The notes beneath the pieces were generated by a model, which ran no database searches, had not been told where the DNA came from, and saw only the letters and a list, made by a program, of their open reading frames with translations. Both the position numbers and the translations under genes were made by a program. Shown piece by piece: positions 25,423 to 37,974 of a DNA stretch of 64,000 nt. This stretch comes from Microthyrium microscopicum (Eukaryota): contig MU004243.1 of assembly GCA_010405405.1 (NCBI GenBank), forward strand, positions 987,340 through 1,051,339, in the 5' to 3' direction. Each line of letters starts with the position of its first letter. Positions within the stretch are counted from its first letter, which is position 1.

Positions 25423-26895
25423 TTAAGCGTCTTTCTTCGGCTTGACAGTCTTTCCAAACAAGCCAGGTATCTCACTGACTCCAATACCCAGCAAATTCTC
25501 GCCCTCCGACCCTTTGTATGCAGCACCACCTTTGAACTCGCCTGATATGACAGGGGCGTCAAGTAAGTCCAGCGGCAAGCCTTCATTTGGCACCTCACAT
25601 TTCTTTGTGCCAGCAATCTCCTTACCATCATTGTCCACATCCCAGTGACACCCGCCACCACCAGGTAGCGCCTTGTCGACGGTGGATTGAATTTTCTCAA
25701 ACTCTTTTGCCACTAGAGAAGAAAGATAGGCGTAATCTTTTGAGGACTCTGCGGTGACTTCTCCAACACTTTTCACGACTGGACGGGGACCTTTGGGGGC
25801 TTCATATTCGCCGTGGTACAGAGGAGGGCCGGGGATTACATAGAAGTTTGGACCTATGAGATCTTGATAAGCTGGAATCAAAAAGTCATTTCTGTTGCTT
25901 CTTACCATAGTAGAGATTGTAAAGAATTCCAGGGTCGGTAGAACTGTATGCGCCAGGAAGTTTGACGCCTGCTGGTATTGCAGATCCATTCCCAATAACT
26001 TCAACGTTGACACACGTAGGATAGAACTGCGCTCCAGCAGTTTTTCCAGCACCGACTTGGTTTCCCGGTATAGCGGATTGCAAGGCAATAAGTTCGTGAC
26101 GAATCACGTAAGTTCCGGGCTTGATGTTACTTGGGATTGTCAACGACCAAGTGTTGTCTTGCTTGATTAATGTATCGCTTGCCCAGGTGTGAGTCGTCCG
26201 ATTATATCCGCTTTGGTCTATTTTGAAGAACGATAGGTCTTGAACTCTCTGTGTTGGATCGTCCAATCGTGCCATGTACTACATGCGTGTTAGCCGGTCA
26301 AGAAATCTTGAGCGTCATAGCATATACTCACTGTGATCAACGGTCCTTTGTGGTTCTTCGGCCAATAACTCCTAAGATGTATTGTTAGTGAGATAAAACG
26401 CAACGGATCCACATATCTTGAAGCTCAAATAACACTGACCATTGAAACTCCATCTGACTTCCAGCTCGAGCAACAGCTGTCAATGCTGGCGAAGTTGCAT
26501 TGGCACGGCATGTAATATCATCGGAAAGTACCTGAATCATTAGCTTCGTGAAGAAATGTAAAACCTTTAGGAAGACCTTACATCCAAAACTGGTCCAACG
26601 CCATAAGTGTTTTGTCCGGGATATCCCCAGACAATCCGCTTCAATCCCAATCCTACCGACATGTATACTTTATCGACCGGAGGAAGATAACTATTTCATA
26701 GTTTAGCAGAGACATCAAATCATACACGCCAGAGTATGCTACCCAGGATAGCTGCGAAGACAATTAGTAAACCACTTGTTGGAAAGGTACTGGATCAACT
26801 TGCATTGTCCCATCAATCTCCAGACTTTTGATGTACCCGTGTCCGGCAACCTTTGTTGCGCCAATGGAAATGGCTGCATAAAGCGACAGCAACAT
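25423..26895 (-). CDS. AA9 lytic polysaccharide monooxygenase with C-terminal extension, multi-exon
   Basis: Signal peptide MLLSLYAAISIGATKVAG followed by His1 (HGYIKSLEIDG), then YPG, DITC, NHKGPLIT/YMA, FFKID, PGTYVIRHELIAL, GAQFYPTC, LPGAY and YVIPGPPLY. Confidence 0.9.
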
Positions 26896-29800
26896 CTTTC
26901 GAGTGCAGTTTGAACGACGGCGTCAATTCGAAGAAGACGATAGTAAATCTGCGCTAAAGACAAAACCTACTTGGCCAGAGGCTTGATTATATGCCAATGG
27001 ACTTCGGAGAGGCAATTTTCTTTGAACATCAGGTATATGGCTTTCCCCTCCGAATATCATTATAACCTAGAAGTTAAGACAGTCCTGATAGGCTCGATAG
27101 GTACGATTACCAGGCTGGAGAGATTGCTGTTGGCTGCCCATTTCGTCCGAAGTTCTCGCCATGTACAATTGTATAATCGCATGTGTATCATCTTAAAGCC
27201 AGATCAAAAGTACAAGATCCAGACCTCCGGTTATTCATGTTTCCAATTGGCTAGAATTTTAATTACTTCTCAGAGAATTGTGCTTGACTAGTAATTATTC
27301 TAGGCAAAAGACTCAGGCTGTTTTGTCCGTTATGCATGTCTGACACAAAATGGGGCCGAAGGATTTAGGTCATATACACATTCACATACAAGACGTCCCA
27401 TGATCATTTCTGATCCCGGAAGAGGGTCAAAAAACCATACTCAAGTCCGTGTTTACGATAGAATTGCCTGAATCCTGACAAAAGGCATCGAAAGCTCCGC
27501 ACTTCAGAATACTGTGTTCATAGTCGTATTTGGTAAAATAAATGCAACCCCCGGTATGGCATTGTGGATGCAGAGATACTACTGAAAACAGATTGCATTT
27601 TTCATTATTACACTCTCTTTTGCAGTAATCCAACGTTCAATAGCGGGCTTCGATTAGCTTCTGCTCTGCTCCGGAATCCAGCTACTCTCCTCCAGTTTTA
27701 CCATCCTCAAGGAACGCTGGACATCTAGCCTCCTCAAGACCCTTCTTACTACCTAAGGAGCTTTTGCTAAAACCAAAGAACAGCTATGCAGTCCAGTATT
27801 CGTTGCTAAGATTCTGTTCGCTGTCGGTAAATAAACTCGCAAGGAGCCAAGTCGATATAGCAAGGCACAAGAAAAGTCTGGCTCTTCAGTCCACGGCGAG
27901 CTGCCCTAGAAGACTTCGACGCACTGAATGATTGTAGAACCTCAAGCTACCTGATGTCATAAGCATCACGGCCATCGTGGTATGTATGTGAAAACGTTGA
28001 TGCGCAAAACATTCGGCGAGTGACTGACTAGGAGGCTTTGAAGCGTAATATGTCAGGTTTTTTGGAGTAGAGCTCGAAGTGTCTCTATTCTCTTTTTGTT
28101 GGAGTTATATTCTGAACTATTAGTTTATATCATCCTCAAACCAGTATTTTCTGTCCACTTGATTTTCTTAGGTTTACAAAGTTCATCTCCAGATGAATTT
28201 TGAGTTTCGGAAGTAGGATATCGAGACTGAGAGACACCATTGTCAGTTGGATACGCACAAGATTTCCTCCTAAATCTTACCATGTTGTTGTCCACCAACT
28301 CGAGTTGGAGTTGGAGTTGAGGAGAGTTTGGTGAAGGGATCGGCATTCCGAGTTGGGACTAGCGGATCCAAAAGAGGAGCATGTGAAAGCGCAATGACGA
28401 AGTTATGGTTGATTTTTTATGCAGGAGATATTTAGCTTGGGGTCATTTCGAGCAGTTGATTCCCTGAAAGAAATGAGATATCCATTCCGTATAGACATAA
28501 TTCAATGCTACGGCAGCTAGGCGCAGTAATTGAGTGTTGAGAGCTATTTATCAGATACTGTAGAAAGAGCCGGAAAGAGCCGAAAAGAGCGAAGTAGGAA
28601 GAATGAAACAGTTTATACAGAGTGTTTGATAGCGAGCTCGATGCCATGCTATCTCACAGCTACTTTTGCATCTGATAGAAGTTGAAACAACATAAAAAAA
28701 GGCAGAAGTGGTAGCTTCAAGCTCCAACAGTTGTCATGTTGTAGCGATTGGATATGCCCCTTTTCAGGGTTCAAGGTACAAAGATGAGGAACCAAGGAGC
28801 TGTCTGCCGAATGAAGCTCGTTGGAGCTCTTTCAACGACTGGAACCTCCGTTGCTTGAACTTTGCTAAGATGTAATATTTCTTCCGATAAGTTGAACAGT
28901 GTAAAGGTGGGAAATTGAGGCATAAAGTGCGGAATTTGATGTTGATATGAGGATCAAGGTATGGGGATCAAGAGGCGTTTTAGCTATCGATTGGCTGATT
29001 GACCCCGCATTGGTGGTTGCGAGTTGCGACTGCCCTGACTGCACCTTCCTTGACCTTCCTCCCTTGCCCCAATCATGGGTGAGCAAGGAAGGTACACACA
29101 GCAAGGTGAAGCAGGAGCCTGTCACCCCTCAGTGCTCTTTCCTCCTCGAATTGGGAAACAGCAGTTGAGGACAGTCCGGATCAAGGAATGGCGAGGCAGC
29201 TTGTGCAGGTCGCACTTGCCTGCTTTACCATCGCGCTTGCCCAGTTTGCCCACATAGATATTTGGCATAGTTCTTGCACTGAGAAGATGAAGAACCTCGA
29301 TAGTGATTCCGCAATGCGGCGCATATAGCGTTAAGGTACTCCATTATTCGACTCATGGCCCTATCAATCACTAAGCTATCCAATTGCTAAGCAGAAGCTC
29401 CATTCTTTACCTCTCTTCTTCCCAGTGAGTTCCCACCCTCGGCTCCATGGCCAGCTGGCTTGTCAACCAGTAAGCTTTCCAGCTTGATAGACACTGAGCT
29501 CTCCCGTCTAAAGCTTGTGCGCTTCTTGGCCCAATTACAAGACCATACTCCAGAGCACTGTCAATCTCTTTCACACATTGTGCCCAAAGCTGTTCCCAGC
29601 TCTCACCCTGCGCTTGTGCGCTGCTCAATACTCTTCTCGAATCTCAATCTACTGATCCGCAACGCCACTCTGTATCCCCGGCTTCTGGTACTGCCGTCTT
29701 CTGGACTCGTTCCTCAACATCTTCAGCTGCTTTCGTGGACGGCATTCGAGGCTCTTTCGTCGTGCGCTTGTTGTCGCTGCTGCTGCTGCTGTTGTGAAGC

Positions 29801-30234
29801 CGTGCATGTGTGCTGTCTGGACTCGTTAGACCCTTCAGCCCTTGTCTTCCCCCAGTCCAGCGGCCAGAGGCCAGCCCCAAGCTTCAAATTCAATCCACTC
29901 ATCTTCCTTCCACCCACGTTCCACCTGCAACCTGCAACCTGCTCTCCACCCTCTTATTCTCTTTTCCTTCTCTTTCTTTCCTCCCAGTCTCGGTTGACAA
30001 TTGCATCGCGCACTTTGATCATTGCTGTTTGATTGCGTTGCTTTGTTCAAGCTTTCTAGAGCTCGAGGTCCGAAACCTCAGGTTTCACCCCCAACACGCC
30101 CACTGCGGGGCTCAGTGCTCCTTCCCAGCTTGCCAGCTTGCCAGCTATCAGCTCCAACTACATCCCGGCTTCAACTTCGCAAAGCTCCAATTCATCAAAG
30201 CTTCCTCAACCGGAAGCTTTCCTATCCTCCCTAA

Positions 30235-32197
30235 ATGCCTGCTACTTCCGCACTGGCTCAAACCGCAGAGGTTGTCTGTCCTCTGAAGAATAGTGATGGT
30301 TCTCACTGTCGCAAGCGCTGCACCGGCGACAAGCGCTATCGCTCTATGATTGAGCATGTTCGTCGAGTCCATAGCGAACATTATATTGCAAAGCTTCCTG
30401 CTACTGAGGAGAGCTTCTCTCTCATGGTCAATACGCCTCCATCGGAACGGCCACAGCAACCCCAGCAGCATTCTCTTCAGCACTCACCTCAAAATGCCAT
30501 TCCAGGTGAGCATTTCCATGTGATATATTCGGTCTTGGCGAACAGTTGCTTCTGTTGAAACACACCGGCGGACAAAATGACTGCCGCAATCTCATCAATT
30601 ATCATGTCTACCATCACACTTTCAACGACAACATTCTTGATTCCAAGCTCTTTCGACCAAGTCTTCGCCTTTTGCGCATTCCATGGAATCCGAGAACTCA
30701 GCTAGAACGGGAATCCGATGGTAGACATTGTACTTGATGAGATCTTGTCAATTCTTTTGTTCTCCGTGTGTAGTTTCATATTGTTGGCTTCTCAGAATCC
30801 GTTCAAGTAGTCGGCTTGTCGTTGAAGACTAAACAGCTGCCACCGTGTTCACTACTATAGCTTCTTCATAGTCAACATGCTAATCACCATAGGTCCCGTC
30901 GGTTCGTCGCCTCTTGCATCAATCGCCCATTTACTACAACAACCACTGACTGGACAAATTCCCGGAGCAGATTACAATCACATGTACAAGAACGAATTTA
31001 CCTATCCTGGCGCCACTCGTTCTTCGGATGAATATCGTCGCGGTTCTATACTTCCTGCCGCCAATGCTGCCGAGGTTCTCGCTCAACTCCATGCCCATCA
31101 ACCTCCAACTATTAATTGGGAGCAAGATCATGTATGTTTTGCTTGAATATTTGTCACTAAACCATTTTCCCCAGGCGTGAAACACGAGCGATGGGTAGTC
31201 GAGACGTTGGGAAACAGCTTTTTGAAGCTTCGAGGTTTTGAAGAGTACTAACTTGGGATCAGAACTATGGACAAGACCTCTTTACCGATGGTGATTCAAT
31301 GGGTCCCAGATTACCCCCGATAGACCCTCCTACTGATCCGCGACTCCTTTTGGATGATCCTTATCGAGAACCCTCAAGACACCGAGATGGACTTAATTCC
31401 ACCATAAGCCGTTCACCGCCTTATCGGTCTTCTACCCTACCTCCAGCCGGAAGGCTAACCGGCAATAAGCCTCAGCGTCCTCGTAAGTCCTCAATTACCC
31501 AAAATGCCCGGAAACCCAAGCACGAACGGACCAAGTCCAAGGATCACCAAAGGCGTATGAGCTACGATAGAAAGGCCATGTCTGCGGAACCTTCGAGTAT
31601 CCCAGCCATTTATGGAAAACGATGGGAAGATCTAATTGACGCTGCAGCTTCTGCTACAGAAGAAGATAGTCGAGATCTTACTCCAGTATGTTTTTGCTCC
31701 TGTCCAAAAGCTTGTAGTATTATGCAATTCCTAAGATTTGGTTCCATATATAGGTCCCCCCATCCCCACGCTTTGGAAACCGGGCATCTTTACCACCATT
31801 ATTATCCGCCCCCCATTTCCAAAATAACACTTATACCGCTTCTCCCCTTCAGCGAGCTCTAACACCCCCTCCTCCAGAACATAATGATCTCCAGCCTTTT
31901 CCTTCTGTCGAATCGTCTGTAGATTCGAGCAAGTCTGGCCAGAACTTTCACATTTCTTCCCATGGACTATCGGATTCATCGCCACAGTTTGCGCACCATG
32001 TCCAGATTTATTGTGCCGGATGCCATCGTCTCTCGGTCCTTCAGCAAAGTTATGCGTGCACCGAGTGCATTTGTGGACTATGCAAAGATTGCGTCGATGC
32101 CATCTGCACTGATAGCACTAGAAGGCGAGCAGTGGGATGTCCTCGATGCAACGGGATTGGTGGCAAGTTTAAACCGTTTCAACTGGATATTCGCTGA
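30235..32197 (+). CDS. Conserved fungal Zn-finger protein (N-terminal C2H2-like, C-terminal RING-like), multi-exon
   Basis: VVCPLKNSDGSHCRKRC...YRSMIEHVRRVH, KRWEDLIDAAASATE and C-terminal YCAGC...YACTECICGLCKDC...CPRCNGIGGKFKPFQLDIR*. Confidence 0.8.
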
Positions 32198-32695
32198 AAT
32201 AGGTCTCTCATTGAATGATCAATCCTGGCCAACAAGTCTACAAGTGGCTGATGAGCTCAAAACCTTCCGGACCAGAGGACATCTCGCGGTCTCTTCACGA
32301 CATACATTCTAAACCCTCAAGATGTGGAATTTGACATCTCCATCCACGGCTGGGCCAACCCATACCTTCGAATAGACGGACACTCCTGGAATAACGAATC
32401 ACGGCGTTTACGGTTCAACGGCAAATCTTACGGAAAAGCTGTCTTTTTGGGGGGTTGATACCATAGAGGCTTAGGGGAGTTATAGCATGGACTCGGCGTT
32501 TTAAGATATTACAAGCATTCTTTCCACACAAAGCCGCGCGAGGCTATCGCGCAGAATTGGAGAATGGGGAGCATGAGAAGGAAAGGAAGAACGAACTCAT
32601 GTATGTCTTCCAAGGCATTAGATTCCTCACAGCTAGATGAACCGCTGGAAATGAATGAATGCATACAGTCCCTTACCGGGCTTATAACAACCAAA

Positions 32696-33635
32696 TCACG
32701 ACGTTTTAGGAACCCTTTTGAACCTCATCTTCAATCTATTCCCCTCAACCATCTCCTCCACTACTTCAGGCACTTCATCGCCATCAACCCACAGCACAAT
32801 CTCAGTCATCACCGCCTGTCCGCCCTGTTTCTCCAACAAATCTCGCTCTAGATCATCTTTCGGCATACAAACATTTAATTTGCAAGCCGGCGCCACACCA
32901 TCCTTCGGATGTCCCACCTCAACACTCCATCCATCCTCAATCTCCGCCAGCGACGCCGTATCCTCGCCTCCATTCACTAACGTGCCATATACCTTCACAT
33001 ATGCCTTCGCCTGCGCAGTCGTATTCACAGCTAGAAAAATTGCTGCTATGCCCACCGCTTTACACGCATGTTCACCTTCACCGGTACGAAGCTCGCGAGG
33101 CGTTTCATCGATGCAGAAAAATGGCACACTTCCGCGCGCAACGCTCGGTGAAGGGAAGACGACTTGCCACTTGACTACTTGTCCATCCAGGCGGGTTCGT
33201 TGGCCGGGGATAGGTTGGTCCCAGTTTAAGCGCGTATCGAGGCCGGGAGGATTTGGGCTGATGGGCTCTGCGAGGGAGCCTAGGGTGGTGGATAATGGCG
33301 TGGTGTTGCTGGGGGTGAGACACCAGTCTATTAGGCCGGCGGGTTTGTTGGCCCACTATGGGGATGTTAGTTTGTGCGATGGGCAGAATCGCTTGTAAAA
33401 TGGCTGTACAGCTGGTGGGAATTCAAGTACTTACCCAGTGATTCCCGCGGTCCTCATTAACGAAAGAGATGAGTTCGATGTAGGTGCCTGAGCGTAGTGG
33501 GATGAGAGCGTTGGCTGTAAGACCGTCGCCATGGGTGCCGCCTGGCGTGATGGTAAATAGTTCATTGAGGATAGGAGGTATGTTTTCTAGTGAGGGAAGG
33601 AGGATGATTATGTGGTCTAATGTTGATGGTGCCAT
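32696..33635 (-). CDS. Glyoxalase-like (VOC superfamily) protein (2 exons)
   Basis: LDHIIIL, GGTHGDGLTANALI, GTYIELISF, GQRTRLDGQVVKWQV and PFFCIDETPRELR. Confidence 0.85.
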
Positions 33636-33961
33636 TGTCTTCAATAGAGGTTGTGTGTTGGAGTGTAGAAGTAGATGATGTGTGAGTCAGTAGGAGCTTG
33701 ACGTTGGGGATGAATTTTGGCATGTCCTTGCTCGGTTGGGTACATTTTGGATTTGATTGCTATTGGCTGCTGATGGAGACTCTCAGTCTGATACCAGTTT
33801 GAATGAGGCCCATGTCACTGCCTTGATTTTGGCTACCAGAGTGAAGCCTTTACAGTTTAATAGCGACTTATTCAGCTTCAGTTGAAATCATCAAGATCTA
33901 CTTTAGAGTACTACCTATGTAGTTTTTGAATGTTGCTACCTGTCTCTATTTGTCATTCAGT

Positions 33962-35277
33962 ATGACTCTCCAAAGCGTTCTGTCCTCAAGTCAAATCAAA
34001 CTCTTTGATCAAGCGTCCTCCAATTATGATCCATGGACGTGCTGACTAGACGGAAGCATCCCAGAGCATCCTCATTTTTCTAATGCAGCGAGAATAAAAG
34101 CCATTGTGCAAAAAATCAACAACGGCTGCTGTGTTTCGCGCTGCAAGGGTGCGCGCACCTTCTCAAGCGATCTGGTGACAAAGAGATGCTGGTATCCATC
34201 GAGAACGATGAAGCTGTTTGGCGAGCAGCTATTTCAGCTCAAAAGTACGATATTATTTACCTAGCATCCCGTGGAGACTGTCGGGATGATCTCTTGCCAA
34301 TCTTGAAAGCTGGCCTGCACGTTTTCAACAAGATCGACGCCTTTCTCAACACTGACTTCAATGTCATCCGAATCATCAACTATGCCGTACATGAGTACGT
34401 GCAAGATGAAATTATGACTGTGGATCATCCCGGCGAACTAATACCACCTCGAGCTATTGCCTCAATTGGCTTCAATCATGTGGCTGTTCGGCAGCAGGAT
34501 TTCGACGTCAAGAGTACTCAGCTTTCGATGGTCACTGAGCCATTATGGGATCTTCATGACTTTGCGCACCAGGTCACAGCATCTCTCGCCTCACATCTTT
34601 ATGGCTCAAGCTATTTCTCACATCTAGCGAAGCTTCAACCAAGCTTGACGGCGTTGATTCGCAGTCCTGGGTTGAGGACCAGCTCACCAAAACCAGTGTT
34701 CTCTGATGGAGTGGTATTCAGTGAGCTGCTTACCAATCTGTATACGACGGAGATCCAGGCAGTGCAAGACTCACAGTACTCCCACACATACGCGAGCCTG
34801 ACAGAAAAGCTAGCCGATGCGGTGGCGGACTATCTACTTGGTAAACGAGGACTTTGCCATCACACCACAGGAATAATGTTGTCTATGAAGCAGCCGTTGA
34901 CTGCAGCTCAGTTGGCAGTACTGGTTCAAAACAAGTCCTATGAGCTGCCAGCTAGCGAAATGGAACAGCGAGTGTTTACCAGAGGAGGACCGAATGGAGA
35001 CGAACGTGATGAGCTTGATGGCATGTCTGCTGAAGATAGAATTCGGTGCGTCGCGTACCAAGACACATGGCTCTATTTTGAGACGCGGAATACTATCAAG
35101 CATAGGGCGCAAAAGTTAGCGTATCGAAAGGTTGCAGCAAAAATGTTGATTAAAGCTAGGTTAGGCGAGGAACGTCAGGATGAAGAGCTATTGGAACGAA
35201 TTTTTGACTCTCTGGATTACCGGGGATGGGAATCTGGCCATGTTGTCAATCTCTGGGGTCTGGTGACTGAGAGTTGA
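33962..35277 (+). CDS. Hypothetical protein with an HDxxH motif (5' end uncertain or disrupted)
   Basis: 363-aa uninterrupted ORF (34186-35277) containing EPLWDLHDFAH. The upstream ATG at 33962 joins it only through a weak 50-nt intron (34039-34088) or across a TGA plus a frameshift. Confidence 0.6.
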
Positions 35278-35365
35278 GGTCAACTTTGAAAATGCTTTGA
35301 AAATAATTTTGTGTATACTAGCAAATTTGAATGTCTTGTGGCCAACATAATGACCTACCATGTCT

Positions 35366-36057
35366 TTACTGATCCATGATAATGGCCTTGATCTCCACAA
35401 GTGAGTCAACCGTGAAGGCCGGCTTCAAGTCTTGACATTCCTTCTTATCCCCATAACCGTATCGACACCAACAAGCCCGGCAACCAATGTTTCCCGCGAA
35501 TTTGAGGTCGGCGACGGTATCTCCAACCACAAGAACGTCTTTTGGTTCAACTTGAACGCCGCGAGCTATCAATAGAGGTACGAGGACGTCCTCGAAGCTC
35601 CCAGGGTGCGGCTTCCTCATTGCCCCTGGCGTATTGTCTCCGATGATGAACTCAGCTGGTAAGCAATCGAAGAGCCCATTATTTTCGAGCGCAGTTTTGA
35701 CCGCAGATACACCTTTGTTACTGATGATAGCAACCGCAATGTTGCTGGCTTTGAGGTGTTCCAAGATTTCTTTAGCTCCGGGGTAGGATTTGATCAGCGG
35801 CTGGCCGTGAGCAGTATAAACCTGGCGATATTGCGTTATCCATTTGTCTTCATCGGCACTAAAGGCTGCTGGATCCGGGTGAAGGGTACGAAATGTTTCG
35901 TTTAAGCCAGCCCCAGAGGAGATGAGACGATGAACGTCCACGTCTTTGGGATTGTGTTCGGCAGTCGAGAGGCAAAGGTGAGTTTGATGCAATGCTCAAT
36001 GGACGCATGTGTCTCGAAAAGTGTACCATCGAAATCGAATAGGAGCAGTTTCTTCAT
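35366..36057 (-). pseudogene. HAD-superfamily phosphatase (phosphoglycolate phosphatase-like) with a 1-nt frameshift
   Basis: Motif I MKKLLLFDFDGTL from ATG 36057 is out of frame with YPGAKEIL, IISNK, KPHP and VGDTVAD. The span is 692 nt and the shift lies near 35960. A sequencing error is possible. Confidence 0.75.
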
Positions 36058-36504
36058 ATTGATGGAAGATGATAAACTGAGTGCTTATGGAACGATTACG
36101 AGAAAGTAGAGCACAAGCATGGTACTTAGGCGGAAGATGATAGATTGTTTGTGTTTTGCCAGCCTTTTTTGGGCTCCACCTCAGCCTCAGCCTTCACGTC
36201 AGCCTGATGGAACAAGTCAGCCGCAAGCAGTCACCAGTTGGACCCTAAAGAATGTATCAAGCAACTAGAAAAACCGTACAAGCGAGCTCTGAAAATAGAT
36301 TGCGGCTAAATTCCCCAACAAATTGATGCATATTAAAATTGTAATTATAGCCCTCAGACTTATTTGTAACTACACTACACGTACACCACTTATTCTTCAA
36401 GGTGTGTACTTATCGGTCCAAAACGAAAACCGGATGTAGCTTTTTGCATCAGGTTATACAAACACAGATTTGATTTGACTTGGAATCTGGATTTGGTCGA
36501 AGAA

Positions 36505-37374
36505 ATGAGGTCTTCTACCTTTCTGGCAGCTCTACTGCTTCAGTTCCTGATTCAAAATGTTCTAGCTGAAAGCATACGAGCGATATATTTATTCAAAGAT
36601 GTCATGAAGTCAAACACCGCCGCACTGAAAACATCTGGCTTCAATACACTGATCATGTTCGGTGTCGGCGTCATCGAGAATGGCGATATCAAATACTACT
36701 CCAACACACCAGGAAGCAAAGATGTTCTCATAGCTTCCAAAGGGACATACGTTGGAGGCGATGCGTTAGCACAAAAAGTCGGGTCATTCAAAGCTGGAAA
36801 CGGCACGGGAGTAAACAGACTGGAAATTTCCATGAACTCAAACAACGTCCGAAATCTCATGTCCAAAAACGATCAGAACTTATTGCGCAACTTCCAGGCT
36901 TTGAAAAAGGCGTGGAGCTTAGACGCAGTCAATAACGACGATGAAAAGGAATACGATGCCGCCAGCACCGTGGCGTTCGCAAAGATGTTGGGAAAGTTGG
37001 GATATAAGTACACCATTGCCCCATACACTAGGACGAATATCTGGTCTAGCGTTATATCGCAATGTAACAAGGGTCTGAAAGAGTCAGAGCGGTTGCTGGA
37101 TCGTGTGTATCTTCAATGCTACGATGGGGGCGTTCGAAATGATCCAGTCAGTTGGCAAAAAAGCTTGGGCATGAAGGTGGTGCCATTGATTTGGGTTACA
37201 AACGATTCAAAACCAGGCCAAGGCAATTCGGCGGCGCAGTCACGGTCGAGGTTTAGTGGTTGGCATCAACGAGAGTCGCTAGGCGGAGGAGGGTATTGGA
37301 ATGATTTTGATATTGAGAAGATGAAGTCGTCTTATAAGCAGTATGGAGACGTCTTAACGAGCGTTTTCAAGTAG
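36505..37374 (+). CDS. Secreted GH18-like glycoside hydrolase, intronless
   Basis: Signal peptide MRSSTFLAALLLQFLIQNVLA, then SGFNTLIMF, LDAVNNDDE (resembling the GH18 DxxDxDxE motif), YLQCYDGG and GGGYW. Confidence 0.7.
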   Translation: MRSSTFLAALLLQFLIQNVLAESIRAIYLFKDVMKSNTAALKTSGFNTLIMFGVGVIENGDIKYYSNTPGSKDVLIASKGTYVGGDALAQKVGSFKAGNGTGVNRLEISMNSNNVRNLMSKNDQNLLRNFQALKKAWSLDAVNNDDEKEYDAASTVAFAKMLGKLGYKYTIAPYTRTNIWSSVISQCNKGLKESERLLDRVYLQCYDGGVRNDPVSWQKSLGMKVVPLIWVTNDSKPGQGNSAAQSRSRFSGWHQRESLGGGGYWNDFDIEKMKSSYKQYGDVLTSVFK

Positions 37375-37974
37375 AATCTGGACAAAATCAAAGTTTTAAG
37401 ATTCGGCTTGGTCTTTTTCAAGATGAAATTGGGGAAAATCTGATCGTATTTGGTGGCAACCTAGCAGTCAATGAGCAACGCTTTCTATGGGAGCCATCAC
37501 TGGCTTTGATCTCATCAGATGGCATCAAGAATCAAGAAATGTGATCTCACACGGGGCGATCTTACCGTCGCATTAGCCATAAGAGATCTTAGCAGGCACT
37601 GAGGTATTTTCTAATATTCCTTCAATGTTGGTGCCTGCCAGAGCTCATACCTCAAAACGGCTAGAAGGCTTGCTCATTGTGGATTTGAAGAAAACTATAA
37701 GAAAGGAAGCGGTAGTAGGAAAAACACAAGGCAATGAAGTCGAGCAAAACGACGCTAGGCCGGAATGGGAAGGCATGATGGACAATTTACATCTTCATTT
37801 TTCTCGGATGTCCTTTCCTTCAGCACCCAAGGAACCCCAATATTCCTTTCAAGGTCAGTTGAAAATTTCTACTGCTGGAAGTAGTAGTAAAATTTGGGCA
37901 TCAAAGAGCTGGTGTATATATAATCGGAGTGTGAAGCGCTCTTCACCCACCACTCAACCACGCAATCCTTCAAC

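Noticed and set aside
29400..30230. Overlapping ORFs with poly-Cys/poly-Gln, e.g. 29460-30032
   Set aside because: They arise from a (GCT)n microsatellite and a pyrimidine-rich leader upstream of the Zn-finger gene. The plus-strand frames use non-ATG starts and show no protein signature.
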